25,430 bases of DNA, taken from a virus. Both the position numbers and the translations under genes were made by a program. The stretch lies in IMG/VR virus record IMGVR_UViG_3300005263_000012, positions 1-25,430 of that record; one strand, written 5' to 3'. A model generated the notes under the pieces. That model did not search any database, was not told the origin of the DNA, and saw only the letters and a list, made by a program, of their open reading frames with translations. Positions 25,023 to 25,430 of this stretch are shown here, piece by piece (within the stretch, counting starts at the first letter, position 1; the number at the start of each line of letters is the position of its first letter).

Positions 25023-25264
25023 TGTTGTTTCCTCCTAAATATCCCACAATAACACTCCCCATCCTGTTCAATCTCTTCGGGAGCTTCTTCACATGGGCAG
25101 AAAGTTCCAATCTTACACAAACATCTAGGCTTGCCTTCTGTGCCTTCTTGATTCATGGCTTCAATCTCGGGTTGTTTTTTGTCGAAGCAGGGATTACATT
25201 TGAGATCCAGGGCTTTACTTCTAAAATAGCTATATAGATCTGTCAATTTATCGAATGCTGCCAT
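25013..25264 (-). CDS. Ferredoxin:thioredoxin reductase catalytic-subunit-like Fe-S protein
   Basis: CLC...CPC...CYCGIF matches the FTR CPC/CPC/CHC triad. Confidence 0.75.
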   Translation of the reverse strand: MAAFDKLTDLYSYFRSKALDLKCNPCFDKKQPEIEAMNQEGTEGKPRCLCKIGTFCPCEEAPEEIEQDGECYCGIFRRKQQWQ

Positions 25265-25430
25265 TATCTAGCCTCTGTGTATACTTTAGATTTGTCTAAT
25301 TCCATCTTCTCAAGGTAAGCAGCTTCTAGGTCTATTCCTTCCATCTCAGATACTCTAAAAATCATTTGAAGCATATCACCTAACTCATGGCTAACCTTTC
25401 CCACTTTTGCACCTTCATGAACTTTTATTA
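25264..25430 (-). CDS. MazG-like NTP pyrophosphohydrolase, C-terminal part (start outside window)
   Basis: ...HELGDMLQMIFRVSEMEGIDLEAAYLEKMELDKSKVY. TAATG coupling to the FTR-like gene. Confidence 0.7.
   Translation of the reverse strand, partial: IKVHEGAKVGKVSHELGDMLQMIFRVSEMEGIDLEAAYLEKMELDKSKVYTEAR

Noticed and set aside
20320-25237. Track ORFs 20320..20520, 20667..20873, 20975..21274, 21946..22134, 22032..22226, 22570..22764, 23516..23785, 23870..24409 and 25016..25237
   Set aside because: Antisense or alternate frames of clear genes.

Overview
Part of a probable archaeal virus or virus-plasmid, most likely of a Methanosarcina-type methanogen. Evidence: GGTGA/GGAGG ribosome-binding sites, TATA-box promoters, a DUF1724/FilR1-like regulator, a disaggregatase-like protein and near-total avoidance of TAG stops. 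Left to right: (1) the end of a virion/receptor-binding module with a GH123/DUF4091-like C-terminus and a C-type-lectin-fold tail protein; (2) a complete IS200/IS605 element (tnpA+tnpB) that interrupts a 12-aa Lys-rich peptide gene; (3) a methyltransferase, and a UbiA prenyltransferase convergent with a wHTH-DUF1724 regulator; (4) a chain of coupled microproteins and an HNH gene behind duplicated promoters; (5) a disaggregatase-like beta-helix gene with a holin-like gene; (6) phage-type hypotheticals; (7) an RHH / structured leader / wHTH / AT-rich cassette that may control replication; (8) three tandem candidate ncRNA genes, one tRNA-like, interrupted by a tnpB-only IS; (9) a ParA + RHH + repeat partition locus; (10) FTR-like and MazG-like genes. 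All family calls are motif recognition by eye, not database results.
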